Part shown: positions 12,402 to 24,211 of the stretch, one piece after another
Position numbering within the stretch: position 1 is the stretch's first letter
Layout: every line of letters begins with the position of its first letter
Source of the DNA: Stylophora pistillata
Taxonomy: Eukaryota
Direction of reading: 5' to 3'
DNA: 64,000 nucleotides
Assembly: GCF_002571385.2 (NCBI RefSeq)
Contig: NW_019218184.1
Location: forward strand, 148,496-212,495
Program-made: the position numbers and the translations under genes
Notes under the pieces: generated by a model
What the model saw: only the letters and a program-made list of their open reading frames with translations
Database searches by the model: none
What the model was told of the DNA's origin: nothing

Positions 12402-13121
12402 ATGGCCGCCCCAGAGAAAAATGAGATCAACGAACCAGCTTCAAATATGGAACTTAAAACGTTTCAGGCAAATTTTCGCACGTTGTCTCAAGAAGAAGGC
12501 ATGGAGGAAGACTGTCAGAAGAATCCTTTGAAGATCATTTGCGTAGGTGATTTCACAGGTGGTGTGAGAACCAAGGGTATCTTTATTAAGGATTACTTAG
12601 GAATCAAACCCACCATTAGATGTCATCCTTTCACTTGCGTTGATTTTTATCTGAAGAAAGTTGAATGGCAAAAGCCTGATCACTGCAGTCGCAATTCGAT
12701 TGTCGTGCAACTATGCGATATAGCTGAAATGGAACGTTTTTCCGCCATGACCAAGGTCTTCTTTAAGCACAGTCAAGGAGCCATGGTATTTTGGGGACCT
12801 CACAATCCATCGTCACTTGCTGGAGCATTGCAATGGCGGAGAAAGATCAAGGAGGATGTATCTCTTTCGATTCCTTGCGTTCTAGTCACAGATAATGTCA
12901 CAGACTCTTGTGTGAGTTCAATAAAGTGGATTGGACCAGGGAAGATATTTGAGAGCGAGTTAGCGCTGGATCAGTTCTGTAAAGATAACAGCTTTGTAAA
13001 TCATTTTGAGCTCACGGCACGCGATTGGGTGTCCGGGGAAAAGAGTGTTTTTGGACAAGCTGTGAACTGTCTTCTTGACGAGATTTTGCAGAGCGAAAAG
13101 AAAGAACAGTCTTGCGTGTAA
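12402..13121 (+). CDS. Rab32/Rab38-like atypical small GTPase, copy 1 (239 aa, intronless)
   Basis: VDFYLKKVEW, QLCDIAEMERFSAMTKVFFK, IPCVLV, DQFCKDNSF..HFE are collinear with Rab32/38; G-motifs altered; ends in SCV. Confidence 0.85.
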   Translation: MAAPEKNEINEPASNMELKTFQANFRTLSQEEGMEEDCQKNPLKIICVGDFTGGVRTKGIFIKDYLGIKPTIRCHPFTCVDFYLKKVEWQKPDHCSRNSIVVQLCDIAEMERFSAMTKVFFKHSQGAMVFWGPHNPSSLAGALQWRRKIKEDVSLSIPCVLVTDNVTDSCVSSIKWIGPGKIFESELALDQFCKDNSFVNHFELTARDWVSGEKSVFGQAVNCLLDEILQSEKKEQSCV

Positions 13122-14414
13122 CGCAATTATTCTCAGACTAATCTATTTCGCAGCCGGCTTCGAAGCCTTTGCTGGGTTTCATCACACAACAACCTCTCCA
13201 TGCGTTGCGTAACGAGACCAAACAACGGCTACGAAGGAGACGGTTAAACCTGCATCTGACTCAATGCAAAATTACGTGTTAAATGAACATGCATTAAGAA
13301 TTGAACATTAGAACTTTGCTAGCAAATATCACTACCATGTACTAATTAGTGATTTTACGCTATGTTATGACGTAACTCACAAATACTGATCTTCCTTAGG
13401 GATTTATGGAGGCCAAGCTTGTACATGTTCCATGCCTTGTCACACAACTTAACAAAATCTTTCTAATTGTGTTAAGATAAGTAAGATCTTTTGACAGGGA
13501 GCCCACGTCACAAAGTGTGGTTTTCGGTGAGGCCCTGCATAAATCTAACGTAAGGATAACAGAAAATATAAATATGGTTATCAAGAAAAGGATAAAAGGG
13601 CATAATCGATAGAAGAGACTACATGTTTTTAACAAGACGTCTAAAAACTAAAAAATCGGAAATGTTCCTAATGCCGTCTGGGAGAGCGTTCCAGTCATCT
13701 ACTGCATGACAAACAAACCGATGCTGACCCCATGTACGCTTTGATTGTGGTTTACAAATGTTGTTATTAAAACGAGTGTTATAAAAAGGTAATCCTGGCC
13801 ATTAGAAGTGAGAATGCCTCCGAAAGGAGTCGGCAAAATGAGCAACGGGAGAATTTGACATCCGCTAGCATTAATTTCTCAGTTTCGTCGAGTTTACTAT
13901 TTGATCTGTTATTTGGGGATTTACTGCCATTTGATGGGCAGGCTACTAGATAAAGGAGCTGAGAAAATAAAAAGAATGGAAACAAAAACAGTCACAGTAC
14001 AGGAATTTTGAAGCCGTGCCGTTACGGGCTTTGTACTCTGTAAATCCACCCCCATTCACCTTTCGATCACTTCCACTTTCAGTGCATGAAAGAACTCCCC
14101 CCTACCCCTACCCCTACCCCCACCCCTTGGACAAAACAAACAGAGATGAGCAGAGATGTTTAGATCTGCAAACAAGAGAATATGAACTCAGTTGATATTC
14201 TCTTATTTCCAACTGTACGTTTTATTGGAACATCCATCCATAGATCCTTGCTCATTCATCCAAAGCACAATATTCTACACCCTAAGCAATCAAACATCTG
14301 ACGGTGTCGAGAAATCATCAGAGTTACTTCTGTGAAACCCTCAGACTGAGGACGCAGCGATCGCGAAATCGAAGAAACCGGAAGTGTTTTTCCTGAACTG
14401 TGACAAAGTTGAAT

Positions 14415-15167
14415 ATGATGCAATCAAATTCTCTGTTCAATACCATACCTTCAAACTATAATTTGCCAGAGGAGGTTGACGAGATATGTTTGAGGAGACT
14501 GGGAAGAGACGTCGAGATGAAAACATTTACAACGAACGAAGAGTTGGCGGTGCGCGAAATCCAAAGCGATCGACTAGGAAACATAATCGTGAAAATCTTG
14601 TGTATCGGTGGAGTGGGAAATATTGGTGTTTTTGTTCACGATTACCTCCAAGTAACGCCTCCAGTTCGAGGATTTCGGCCTCCTGCACTGTTCGTGGATT
14701 ACTATTTGAAGAAAATGAAATGGCTTAGAAATCAAACAGAAAAACCGATATTTATCAACCTGCAAATTTTGGAAATAGGCGAACTAGGACGTTTTTCAAG
14801 CCTATGGAAGATTCTCTCGAAGGAATGTCTTGGAGTGCTTGTTTTCTGGGAAGCATTAAGGCCTTCTTCGCTGACTAAAGCGATAAAATGGAGGAAGATG
14901 GTAATGGAGGATTGTCCATCAGTTCCATGCTTACTTGTCACTGATAATTTAGGAAAAGAGCTACTCCAATGGATTGGGGCTGGCAAGACATTTGAAAGTG
15001 AACTGGCATTGGATCAGTTTTGTAAAGATCACGGCTTTGTGAATCATTTTGAGATCGCGTCACGCGATTGGGTGTCTGGTGAAAAGAGTGTTTTTGGACA
15101 AGCTGTGAACTGTCTTTTGAAGGAAACTTTTCAGAGCGAGCAAAGAGAGGAAGAGACTTCCATGTAA
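14415..15167 (+). CDS. Rab32/Rab38-like atypical small GTPase, copy 2 (250 aa from first ATG)
   Basis: Paralog of copy 1: KILCIGGVGNIG, VDYYLKKMKW, LQILEIGELGRF, VTDNLG, DQFCKDHGF, RDWVSGEKSVFG. Confidence 0.85.
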   Translation: MMQSNSLFNTIPSNYNLPEEVDEICLRRLGRDVEMKTFTTNEELAVREIQSDRLGNIIVKILCIGGVGNIGVFVHDYLQVTPPVRGFRPPALFVDYYLKKMKWLRNQTEKPIFINLQILEIGELGRFSSLWKILSKECLGVLVFWEALRPSSLTKAIKWRKMVMEDCPSVPCLLVTDNLGKELLQWIGAGKTFESELALDQFCKDHGFVNHFEIASRDWVSGEKSVFGQAVNCLLKETFQSEQREEETSM

Positions 15168-16824
15168 TGCAACCGGTGCAATAAGAAATCCGTACACCAT
15201 GAATAGCGAACCATCTTTATTAAATCGCGCGAATCAGAATACAATTCAATTTTTTTCCAGTTATTATTTATTGTCATGTCTGCTTTTTCCTTAGCTCGGT
15301 ACAAAATGAGGATGTCACTTTTCACCAACTTCTTTGTCGAGCAATAGAAAGCGGCAATGGAAGACACTGGGCTCCAAGGAGGTCACGCGTCTACCGCTAT
15401 AACTTAACCAAAGGAATGCACCAAACAAACGTGACAGTTCACCATTTAGCGCAAATAATGGAAGGACTGTTAACACCAAGTAGAAAAATACTTCTGGTCG
15501 CTTTACCCGCCTTTCCGGAGAACCTTAAGTAAATGAATTCGCGTCACTGGAAAGCCACAACAGATAATTATAGTGACCTTGTAACGAAATTTTAAACCGT
15601 TAGGGGGGGGGAAGCTTTAAATCTTTAAAACTAATAGGTGCGGCAATGAGAATGGTAAGTAACGGGAGAGAGGGAACATGAAATTACGATTTTGCTGGGG
15701 GAAAATTTTGTAGTGAATACTTGAGGGATGGCCTGAGTAAAAAGATGAGGAAAAAAACAATGGCAAAAATAATTCACGAATTTAATTGATAATCGAATTG
15801 ATCGACCTTTCAGCTCACCTCTTGGATTAGAAATCTAGTGTTCGCTTCTCCATTAAATTATCCCCTTTTGTGATACGCTACAGAGACAGGAGGCTGTACA
15901 CTAAAAAAATTTTTTAAAACAACATCAACCCGGATACAGATTGCATGCCGAAACAGTGAGAGCTTAGAACTTAAATGGGTCTGATTTTCAACGAGCTAAG
16001 ATGTAGAGACAAGAATGGAAACTACAGGCTAAGTTTTAACGGCTTTACAACTATCTTTGATTTCCAGTGTTATCCTCCGCCTATGACTGTCTTCTAATTC
16101 CCCCCTCCCCAAACCTACCATCATGAAACCACGGAAGTAAGTCGAACCGTTACGTCGTGACTTCCGAGATTACTTACCTCTACTGGAGAAACAATATTTT
16201 CATTCACATGCGATAAATACCGATATTTACCATCCACAAGAGATCACAACTATGAATTGAATCTCTTGCCATCCAAGTGACTTTTCATCATATCCTTCTG
16301 TAACTGGGGTCGGTTATAGGAAGCCATTAACAACCTTCACTGGAACAGGGCTGTGTGACAAGACAGTGAGAGTTAAAATCGAGTTTATTTGGTCATAAAT
16401 TGAAAGAGCCAATCTGAATCAGATTAAAAGCTAAGAGAAAGAAAACCAATCATATCAGTAATAACTGCCAGTTTCCCCGCCTCCGCCCCTCTTGTCAAGA
16501 AGCTCAAAAACTTCTTCGCGGACTGAGGCTGCGAAGAGTATGAATCTCGCACCAGGTCTAATCGCGTCACCTTTCTAACAAGACTATGGCGTTATACAAC
16601 CATTTCCTTATGAGTGGAATGGTACTGCTTACTGTCCTTACTGAAAGCCAAGATAGACAACCATTCCATTATTAAGCGTTTAAATCCTAGCGGCGTCGCC
16701 AGAGATCAAAGGAAACGAGCATAGCAGCCGATTAGAGACCCTCAGAAAGCGACAAAGACAGCTAAGTACAGCCGTACAATACCGGAAGTTTTCTTCTTCT
16801 CTATTTCAGTGATTTCTCTCTACA

Positions 16825-17553
16825 ATGGCATCCAACTATGAATTGCCTGACGAGGTCCATGACATTAGATCAAAGAGTGTAGAAGAGTTAGAAATGAAAA
16901 CGTTTAACTCGAATGTTGAACCAGAACAACTCACCATTGAAAGCGATCGTCATGGAGAAGAACTAAGCATAAAAATCGTATGCGTTGGTGGCTACACGGG
17001 TGGAGTGGGTACTAAAGGTGTCTTCATAGACGATTATCTCGAAGTGTGGCCTCCTGTTCAAACGCATCGTCCTCCATTAATCGGAGTAAACTTTTACCTA
17101 AAAACAATCAGATGGCAGCGAAGCGATGCAGAGAAACCGATCTCTATCAAGCTACAACTCTGGGAAATTGCCGAACATCAAGGCTTTTCGAACATGGCAA
17201 AAATTTCCTTCAGGGACTGTCTCGGGGCACTAGTTTTCTGGGGAACGCTAACACCGTCGACTCTGAATGAAGCTGTACTGTGGAGAGAAATTGTCAAAGA
17301 ATTTTGTCCATACGCGCCATGTGTCCTTGTCACTGACAACGTTGGAAAGGAGCCACTGAAATGGATTGGGGGTGGCGAGACATTTGACAGCGAAATCGGG
17401 TTCAATCAGTTCTGTGAGGAGCACTGATTTGTGGATCATTTTGAGATCGTGTCACGCGATTGGAAATCCGGTGAAAAAAGCGTTTTTGGACAAGCTGTGA
17501 ACTGCCTTTTGAAGAAAATTTTTCAGAGCCAGGAGGAAGAGACTACGATTTAA
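16825..17553 (+). pseudogene. Rab32/Rab38-like copy 3; premature TGA at 17425-17427, chimeric 3' end
   Basis: Very similar to copy 4 up to HG, where GGA is TGA; the frame continues FVDHFEIVSRDWKSGEKSVFGQAVNCLLKKIFQSQEEETTI to TAA 17551-17553. Confidence 0.8.
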
Positions 17554-17608
17554 TGCAACCGGTTCAATGAGAAATCCGCACAACTTAAACCATGAACTAT
17601 CTTTATTC

Positions 17609-18140
17609 TTGGTTTTCACGTAACGTCATTAAAATTAAAAAACGAGGAATTATCGATCCTTATGAGATTTTAGTTTAGTTAGTTAATAGAAGAGTTGAAG
17701 ACTTATCTTTTTTATAAATTTTCAGTTTGATCGGGTTTTTCGTCATGTGATAAAGCAAGGCCGGTTGAATTTCTAAGCTTTTTCGTGACAAGATATTGAA
17801 ATGCTGTCAAGTAGCAATCTGAACAGTCCTTGTATGAGAATGGATAATCAAATGGTTTTTGATGATCCCTCAGAAGACAACTACAGGTTTTTTACACAGC
17901 AAAACTCGATGACGTGTGTTTTGTCAGCTTCCCGCCGCCATGTTGCTGTCCATTTAAGGGTTCGCACACAAAGCCTTATAAATTTGAGTAACACAATTAT
18001 TCGAATATCTCCCGCACAGAACATCGCAAAGACCTGAATCTTTGCGAAGCCATTTGAATATTCATCTTATTTCATCTGTTTGATTCTTGAGTTTATTTTT
18101 TTAATGGTTTTGATGACGGTGTGACAGTGAATACCGGCAA
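17609..18140. mobile_element. MITE-like insertion downstream of copy 3
   Basis: Absent from the homologous flank of copy 2 (catctttattaaatcgcgcgaatc at about 15212); imperfect TIRs attcttggttttcac / gtgaataccggcaat. Confidence 0.6.
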
Positions 18141-18296
18141 TTTTAAAAATCACGGGAATCTGAATACAATTGGCTCTTCTTTTCCAAATGATGTTAATTG
18201 TCGTGTCTGCTTTTTAGCAGCTCACTACAGAATGAGGATGTTCCTCGTCTCAAACTTTTTTGTCGTGCTGTAGAAAGCGGCGACGGAAGAAATGAA

Positions 18297-19391
18297 CAGT
18301 TGGAAAATATGGACTGGACTCTGGACTGGACTGGACTTTACTTTTTGCTAAATTGTATTAATATCAAATTGAGTTAATATTTTATTGATTATTTTAAAAT
18401 TTTTAAAAAGATAAAAATTAATCTAAAAAATTACCCGAACGCTCCTCTGCGATAGCGCGTGGCTCGCACGATGTAAATTTTGTTCTGCGCGCAGCCTGCC
18501 AGTGAGTGAAATATGCTTTGTTTCCAACCTTGCAAAGTGTTGACAGATTCAAAACACGGAATAACGAGTTACAGTACCTTGTATACGAAAAAAATGGAGA
18601 AAACGCCCGACTGTAGTACATTTTACAGAACAACTCGATGTCAACATATTACTTTCAAATTCGTCTATAGATTGACCACGTCCACNNNNNNNNNNNNNNN
18701 NNNNNNNNNNNNNNNNNNNNNNNNNNNNNNNNNNNNNNNNNNNNNNNNNNNNNNNNNNNNNNNNNNNNNNNNNNNNNNNNNNNNNNNNNNNNNNNNNNNN
18801 NNNNNNNNNNNNNNNNNTTGTGTTTAGTCAGATAAGCTAGATGAATAAATGAATTACTTTTACCAGCTCTTCGATCGAGTTCCTGGTGGCCAGGGCAATG
18901 GCTTCTTCTTCATTTTCTTCCTGGATTTTCTCCACCAGGAATTTGTCAACGGAGTTGACTGATCATCTCTACAGACAACATTAGCGTATGTACGCTTAGA
19001 TCTAGCCATCTCTTCTCCATTGTCAGAGAAACCACTACTTCCACAGTTCATTTTTTAACACAGATAGACTTGACAGAAACGAAATAACGTGGCAATCGCA
19101 CTCGAGAGATTACGTGTTTCATCGAACTGTTAATCTTAAACTTGCCAGTACGGAAGGTTGGAAACAAAGCATACTTCACTCACCTGCAGGTTGCGCGCAG
19201 AACAAAATTTACATCGCGCGAGCCACGGGCTATCGCAGAGGAGCGTTCGAGTAGTTTTTTAGATTAATTTTTATCTTTGAAAAATTTAAAAATAATTAGT
19301 AAAATATTAACTCAATTTAATATTAATACAATTTAACAAAAAAGTAAAGTCCAGTCCAGTCCAGAGTCCAGTCTATACTTTCCAACTGGCC
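18297..19391. mobile_element. Foldback-type non-autonomous DNA transposon with ~235-bp inverted arms
   Basis: cagttggaaaatatggactggactctggactggactggactttac... is mirrored by ...gtaaagtccagtccagtccagagtccagtctatacttttccaactg; arms about 18297-18532 and 19152-19388; N gap inside. Confidence 0.85.
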
Positions 19392-19974
19392 GTCGCTTTA
19401 CCTGGCTTGTCGGAGAATAACTTGTAAAAAAAAATTGTGTCATTAGATAACCGTCCATACTGAACAGGAAGTAAGAGATCTGAGTATACAATCTCTTGCA
19501 GGAAGCTTGTGACGAAATTTGAACGCAGGGGGGGGGAAGCTTTAAATCTCTACAATTAATAGGTGGAGTGATGTAGATGCTAACTGACAGGAGAAAGGGA
19601 ACAGGGTTAAAGTCTGAAATTACGATTTTCTGTGGGAAAATTTTTTGAAGAAAAAAATTTGGGGGAAGCCCTGAGTAAGAAGCTAAGGGACAATTAAAAC
19701 AAAGGAAAAACAGTTCACGAATGATCTGATTAAAAAGAGAATTGATTGACCTCTTAAATCACCTCTTGGATTAGAAATCTAGTGTTTGCTTCTCTATTAA
19801 ATTATCCCCTTTCGTGATGAGGTGCAGAGGCAGGAGGCTGTGCGCTAAAACAAGAGAAAATGATTTAAAACGACATCAACCCGGATACGGATTGCATGCC
19901 GAAACAGTGAGAGATTAGAAATTATTTTTATGGGTTTGATATTCAACGAGCTAAGATGTATTTGCTATCAGCTT

Positions 19975-20190
19975 GGGGTCATTTAAAATGAGGTTAGCCG
20001 TCAGCCATAAGATGGCAAAAAAATTTAGCCGATAGGCGTAAAAATTTACAAATTTAAATCGTTAGTTGTGAATAAAGTTAATTGTAAAATTTTTGTTTTA
20101 ACCATACCGGAAAAATTCACCTTTAGCCGTAAAATAGCCAAGATTTTAACAGTTAGCCATAAAAAGCCATCACTCCGTGATTGAGACCCT
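19975..20190. mobile_element. Short MITE-like insertion with TTAGCCRT repeats
   Basis: Absent from the homologous upstream region of copy 3 (about 16005); ggggtc...gagaccct ends. Confidence 0.55.
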
Positions 20191-21208
20191 TCATCAGCGG
20201 GAATGGAAACTTAAACTATAGACAAACTTTTAACGGTTTACGATCAACTTTGATTTTCAGTTTTACTCACCGCCTATAACTATTTGTTTCAGTTGTTTGG
20301 TGGAAAAGCTGTAAACTAGCTTCTAGCTAAGTGTTTCTCCACGTTAAAAACTGTTTATCTTATCTTTTATCTTATCTTATAACTATCTTCCAATCCCTCC
20401 CTCCCCATCCACCATCAAACCACGCAACTATACCCAGTTCTTCTCTTCTTTTGAGGGAAAGGAATCAGCGATACCGGCTCAAGTCTAACACTTCACGTCG
20501 TGAGTTCTGCGATTATTCACCTCTACTGGAGAAACAATTTTTTCTTTCGCATGCGATACGAATTGATAATGACCATCCATAAGAGATTATAATTATCAAT
20601 TGAATCTCTTGCCATCCAAGTGACCTTTCATCATATCCCTTCTGTAACTGGGGTCAGGGATGGGAAGCCATTAACAACCTTCACTGGAACAGGGTTGCGT
20701 GACAAGACACTGAGAGCTAACAGTCGAGTTTATTTGGTCATTAATTAAAAGAGCCAGCCCAAAGTAGATTATAAGCTAAGGGATAGAAAACCAATCATAT
20801 CAGCAATAACATACTATTTCCAGTTTCCCCGCCTCCCCCCCTTCTTCCCCGACTATCCCTCCCTTGTCAAAAAACCCAGAAACTATCCCCACCTCTCCGC
20901 GGACTTGGCTGCAGAGAGCATGAATCTCGTCCCCAGATGTAATTTCGTCACTTTCTAAACAAACTATGGCGCTATACAATCGTTTCCTTATGAGTGGAAT
21001 ACTACTGCTTACTGAAAGTCAAGACAGACAATCATTCCGTTGTTAAGCGTTTCAAATCACAATAACGCCGAGATCAAAGAGAACGAGCATAGCAGCCGAT
21101 AAGAGACCCTCAGAAAGCCGCAAAGATAGCTAAGTTCAGTTGCACGATACCGGAAGTTTTCTTCTCCACTATTTCGCTGTTTACATTGAACTACAATTCC
21201 ACTCAACA

Positions 21209-21922
21209 ATGGCATCCAACTATGAATTGCCCGACGAGGTCAATGACACCCGATCGAAGAGTGTAGAAAAGAAAGTAGAGATGAAAACGTTTATCTCAAA
21301 CGTTGGACTAGAAGAACTTACAATCGAAAGCGATCGCCAGGGCGAAGAACTACTCATAAAAATCGTATGCGTCGGTGGCTTCACTGGCGGAGTGGGTACC
21401 AAAGGTGTCTTCATAGACGATTATCTCGAAGTGTGGCCTCCTGTTCAAACGTATCGTTCTCCACTAATCGGAGTGAAATTTTATTTAAAAACAATTAGAT
21501 GGCAACAAAGCGATGCACAGAAACCGATCTCTATCAAGCTACAACTCTGGGAAATTGCCGAACAGGAACGCTTTTCGAACATGGTAAAAATTTACTTCAG
21601 GGACTGTCTCGGGGCACTAGTTTTCTGGGGAACGCAAAGGCCGTCGACGCTGAATGAAGCTGTACTGTGGAGAGAAAATGTCAAAGAATTTTGTCCATAT
21701 GCGCCATGTGTTCTTGTCACTGACAACGTTGGAAAGGAGCCAGTGAAATGGATTGGGGATGGGGAGACATTTGACAGCGAAATCGCGTTTGATCAGTTCT
21801 GTGAGGAGCACGGATTTGTGGATCATTTTGAGATCAAGGCACGCGATTGGGAATCCGGTGAGAAGAGTGTTTTTGGTCGAGCTGTGACGCGTCTTCTCGT
21901 TGAAATTTTCAAAAATCAGTGA
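21209..21922 (+). CDS. Rab32/Rab38-like atypical small GTPase, copy 4 (237 aa)
   Basis: ATG in acaATGG context matching copy 3; IGVKFYLKTIRW, LQLWEIAEQERFSNMVKIYFRDCLGA, DQFCEEHGF are closest to Rab32 ([35 protein letters not shown]). Confidence 0.88.
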   Translation: MASNYELPDEVNDTRSKSVEKKVEMKTFISNVGLEELTIESDRQGEELLIKIVCVGGFTGGVGTKGVFIDDYLEVWPPVQTYRSPLIGVKFYLKTIRWQQSDAQKPISIKLQLWEIAEQERFSNMVKIYFRDCLGALVFWGTQRPSTLNEAVLWRENVKEFCPYAPCVLVTDNVGKEPVKWIGDGETFDSEIAFDQFCEEHGFVDHFEIKARDWESGEKSVFGRAVTRLLVEIFKNQ

Positions 21923-24211
21923 AGCGGAATAAGCTTTGAATAGCACATGATCAATGTCTATCAAGGAACTCGGTATTACGTCAACAGAGTTAACTCGTGT
22001 AATTCCAACCGAATGTCATCCATTTTTAATATCATTGTGTTGAAAAACTTGTGGTGTGGGCGCCTGCGTATTTACAAAGGATACGCTTGGAAAGAAACCT
22101 TTTGGCGCAGAAATGAATACCTGAATAACATCAGTTTGTAATTTATACAACAGTGACAGGAGCGTTGCTCAGGCATGCAATACGTGCTTATTACGCACCC
22201 TTACTTGAGTAGTTACATTTTTACGTCGCACGTTCTGTTCCTTGACAACGTCTTGTCAAAGTTGTGTCATTCAAATTTATTCCGTTTTAAATCAAGCGCA
22301 GGTGATATAAGTTAAAGGCTCGTAATTCAATTATTTTCGTTCACCTGTTCCCGACACGTAATTCACAGACATCGCCACTTACCCTTATTTTATCGACTCA
22401 AGTCCCAGTGTTGTTCAGAATTTCATAGCTGTTACCAAGAATAAAGTAAAAATTCAATGTTATATGGCACTTTATTTTAATTCTGGTCATTGTCGAACTG
22501 GCAATCATCGGTTATCGATTCGATTTATTGACATAATATTGGATTTTTGAGCCAGCTTTTTGCGGGACGTAGCCCGACACCGTGTAAGGTGAAATCATCT
22601 CATTCGCACCGTCCTGTCAAGCGACGCTTTGCAATAGGTAAACGCCACTTTCAGAGGAATTGCTACCTACTTACAGTAAGATGAACTCAGAGTTTATTCA
22701 TACCAAGTATTTCAGCCCGATCAAAGGAAGGGGGAACTTCACACTCGACGCCTGCTTCCTCAACAAGAGCAGTGACCCTTTCATTCCAATCTTAATTCCT
22801 CACAGAGCTGACCAGTAACCATCATATCTTAGCTGGTTACTTCTGAAAATTAATTAAAGAAAATATTCCGTTTGATAAATTGTACGTTAATCGAACGTTG
22901 TAAAACGAAAACCAAAGTAGTCACAAAAGCCAATCAAAGCAAAGGAAATTATCGCAAGGAGCCAGTAGGAACTCATACCAAGAGCCCATCTTTGCTTAAA
23001 GTAAAAAGCGCGGTAAAACGCGAATTACCACCATGCGATTGGTTAAGGCTAAGGAGAAGTGGTGATAACAAGACACCAATTCAACATAGACTAGGTCCAC
23101 TTTATTTCATATTTACAAGTATTACATGTTGGTATTGCTGTTAACCGACTGAAAATGGACAAAATTCGTCAAAACTTTACGCTTCCCACAAGGAAGCAAC
23201 GATTGATAAAAATTTACGTTAGGAAAGACACTTTAGACAAGGCTGAAAATTCTTCTGGCCCATTAACGAAATTGGGGTGGGAGCTTCTGTACATAATTAC
23301 ATTCCATTTGTAATTTGGTGCTCAATTGAAACCGAAAGGTAATGGTTGAGGACTGTGCACCTTACTCTGCCTTTAAAAAAAAGGAAGGACGAAACAACTT
23401 CAAAACCAAACCAAAACAAAGATATTTACTTAATGGGATTTAAGCTTACTAACACCGCCGGCGAAACACACAATTGAAGATAACGGCTTTTGCCCTTCTT
23501 AAATACTTCCCTCGAGAAAAACTGTTCCCTGATGCAGACCATAAAATCTTCCGATGCTACCAGTTGTTGTCTGAACAATTTTGCGGAAGACGAAACATCT
23601 CGTTTTGGCCCACTGGTTGCCTAGAATCCATGAGATTTACTTCACCACTGAAATAACCTACAGGATTTTTTTGTTTTGAGTTTCTACGTTATGATTTTGT
23701 CTGTCAATAAATGGGTTACGAGAAAAGTTGGAGAACCTGAAAAAAAGTATTCGCCAAGATGCAGTTCGGATATCTTTTACGATTCACTCAGCCATGAGAT
23801 GCCAATAGCTATTTGGGGTCTCTACCATCTTTACCCTCCCCTTCCATGGAAAAAGAGGAGCTCCATACATGCAGATGGTTTTATGAAATAGCAGCAGTAT
23901 CTCATTTTGATTTGTGTTTAAGACAGTCTTCTTATTCTTAGAATCCTCCGGCTGCACATACCCGTAATACTACGCGATAAAATTGCTTAAACCCTTGGCC
24001 TTATTCTACCCTGCTTCATAAGAAATCTTTTAATCGCAAACACAGTTACAAGGGAATCAACAAAGATTATGCACAAATCGAAATCACAATTTCTCAATCA
24101 TTGGAGGTTCCCTATACTGACGAGGAAGGCTTCCCTTGAAAAAATTTCAGTGTCCTTTTCTGGCGACTAAATAAACGAAGCCAGTATTACTTAAGCGCGT
24201 ACTAGTCGATC

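Noticed and set aside
17425-17427. In-frame TGA as selenocysteine or programmed readthrough
   Set aside because: It aligns with Gly (GGA) in copy 4, not Cys; a single substitution explains it. A sequencing error or polymorphism cannot be excluded.
21140-21208. N-terminal extension of copy 4 (and GTG start of copy 2 at 14400)
   Set aside because: Non-ATG starts from the ORF caller; paralog alignment supports ATG 21209 and ATG 14415.
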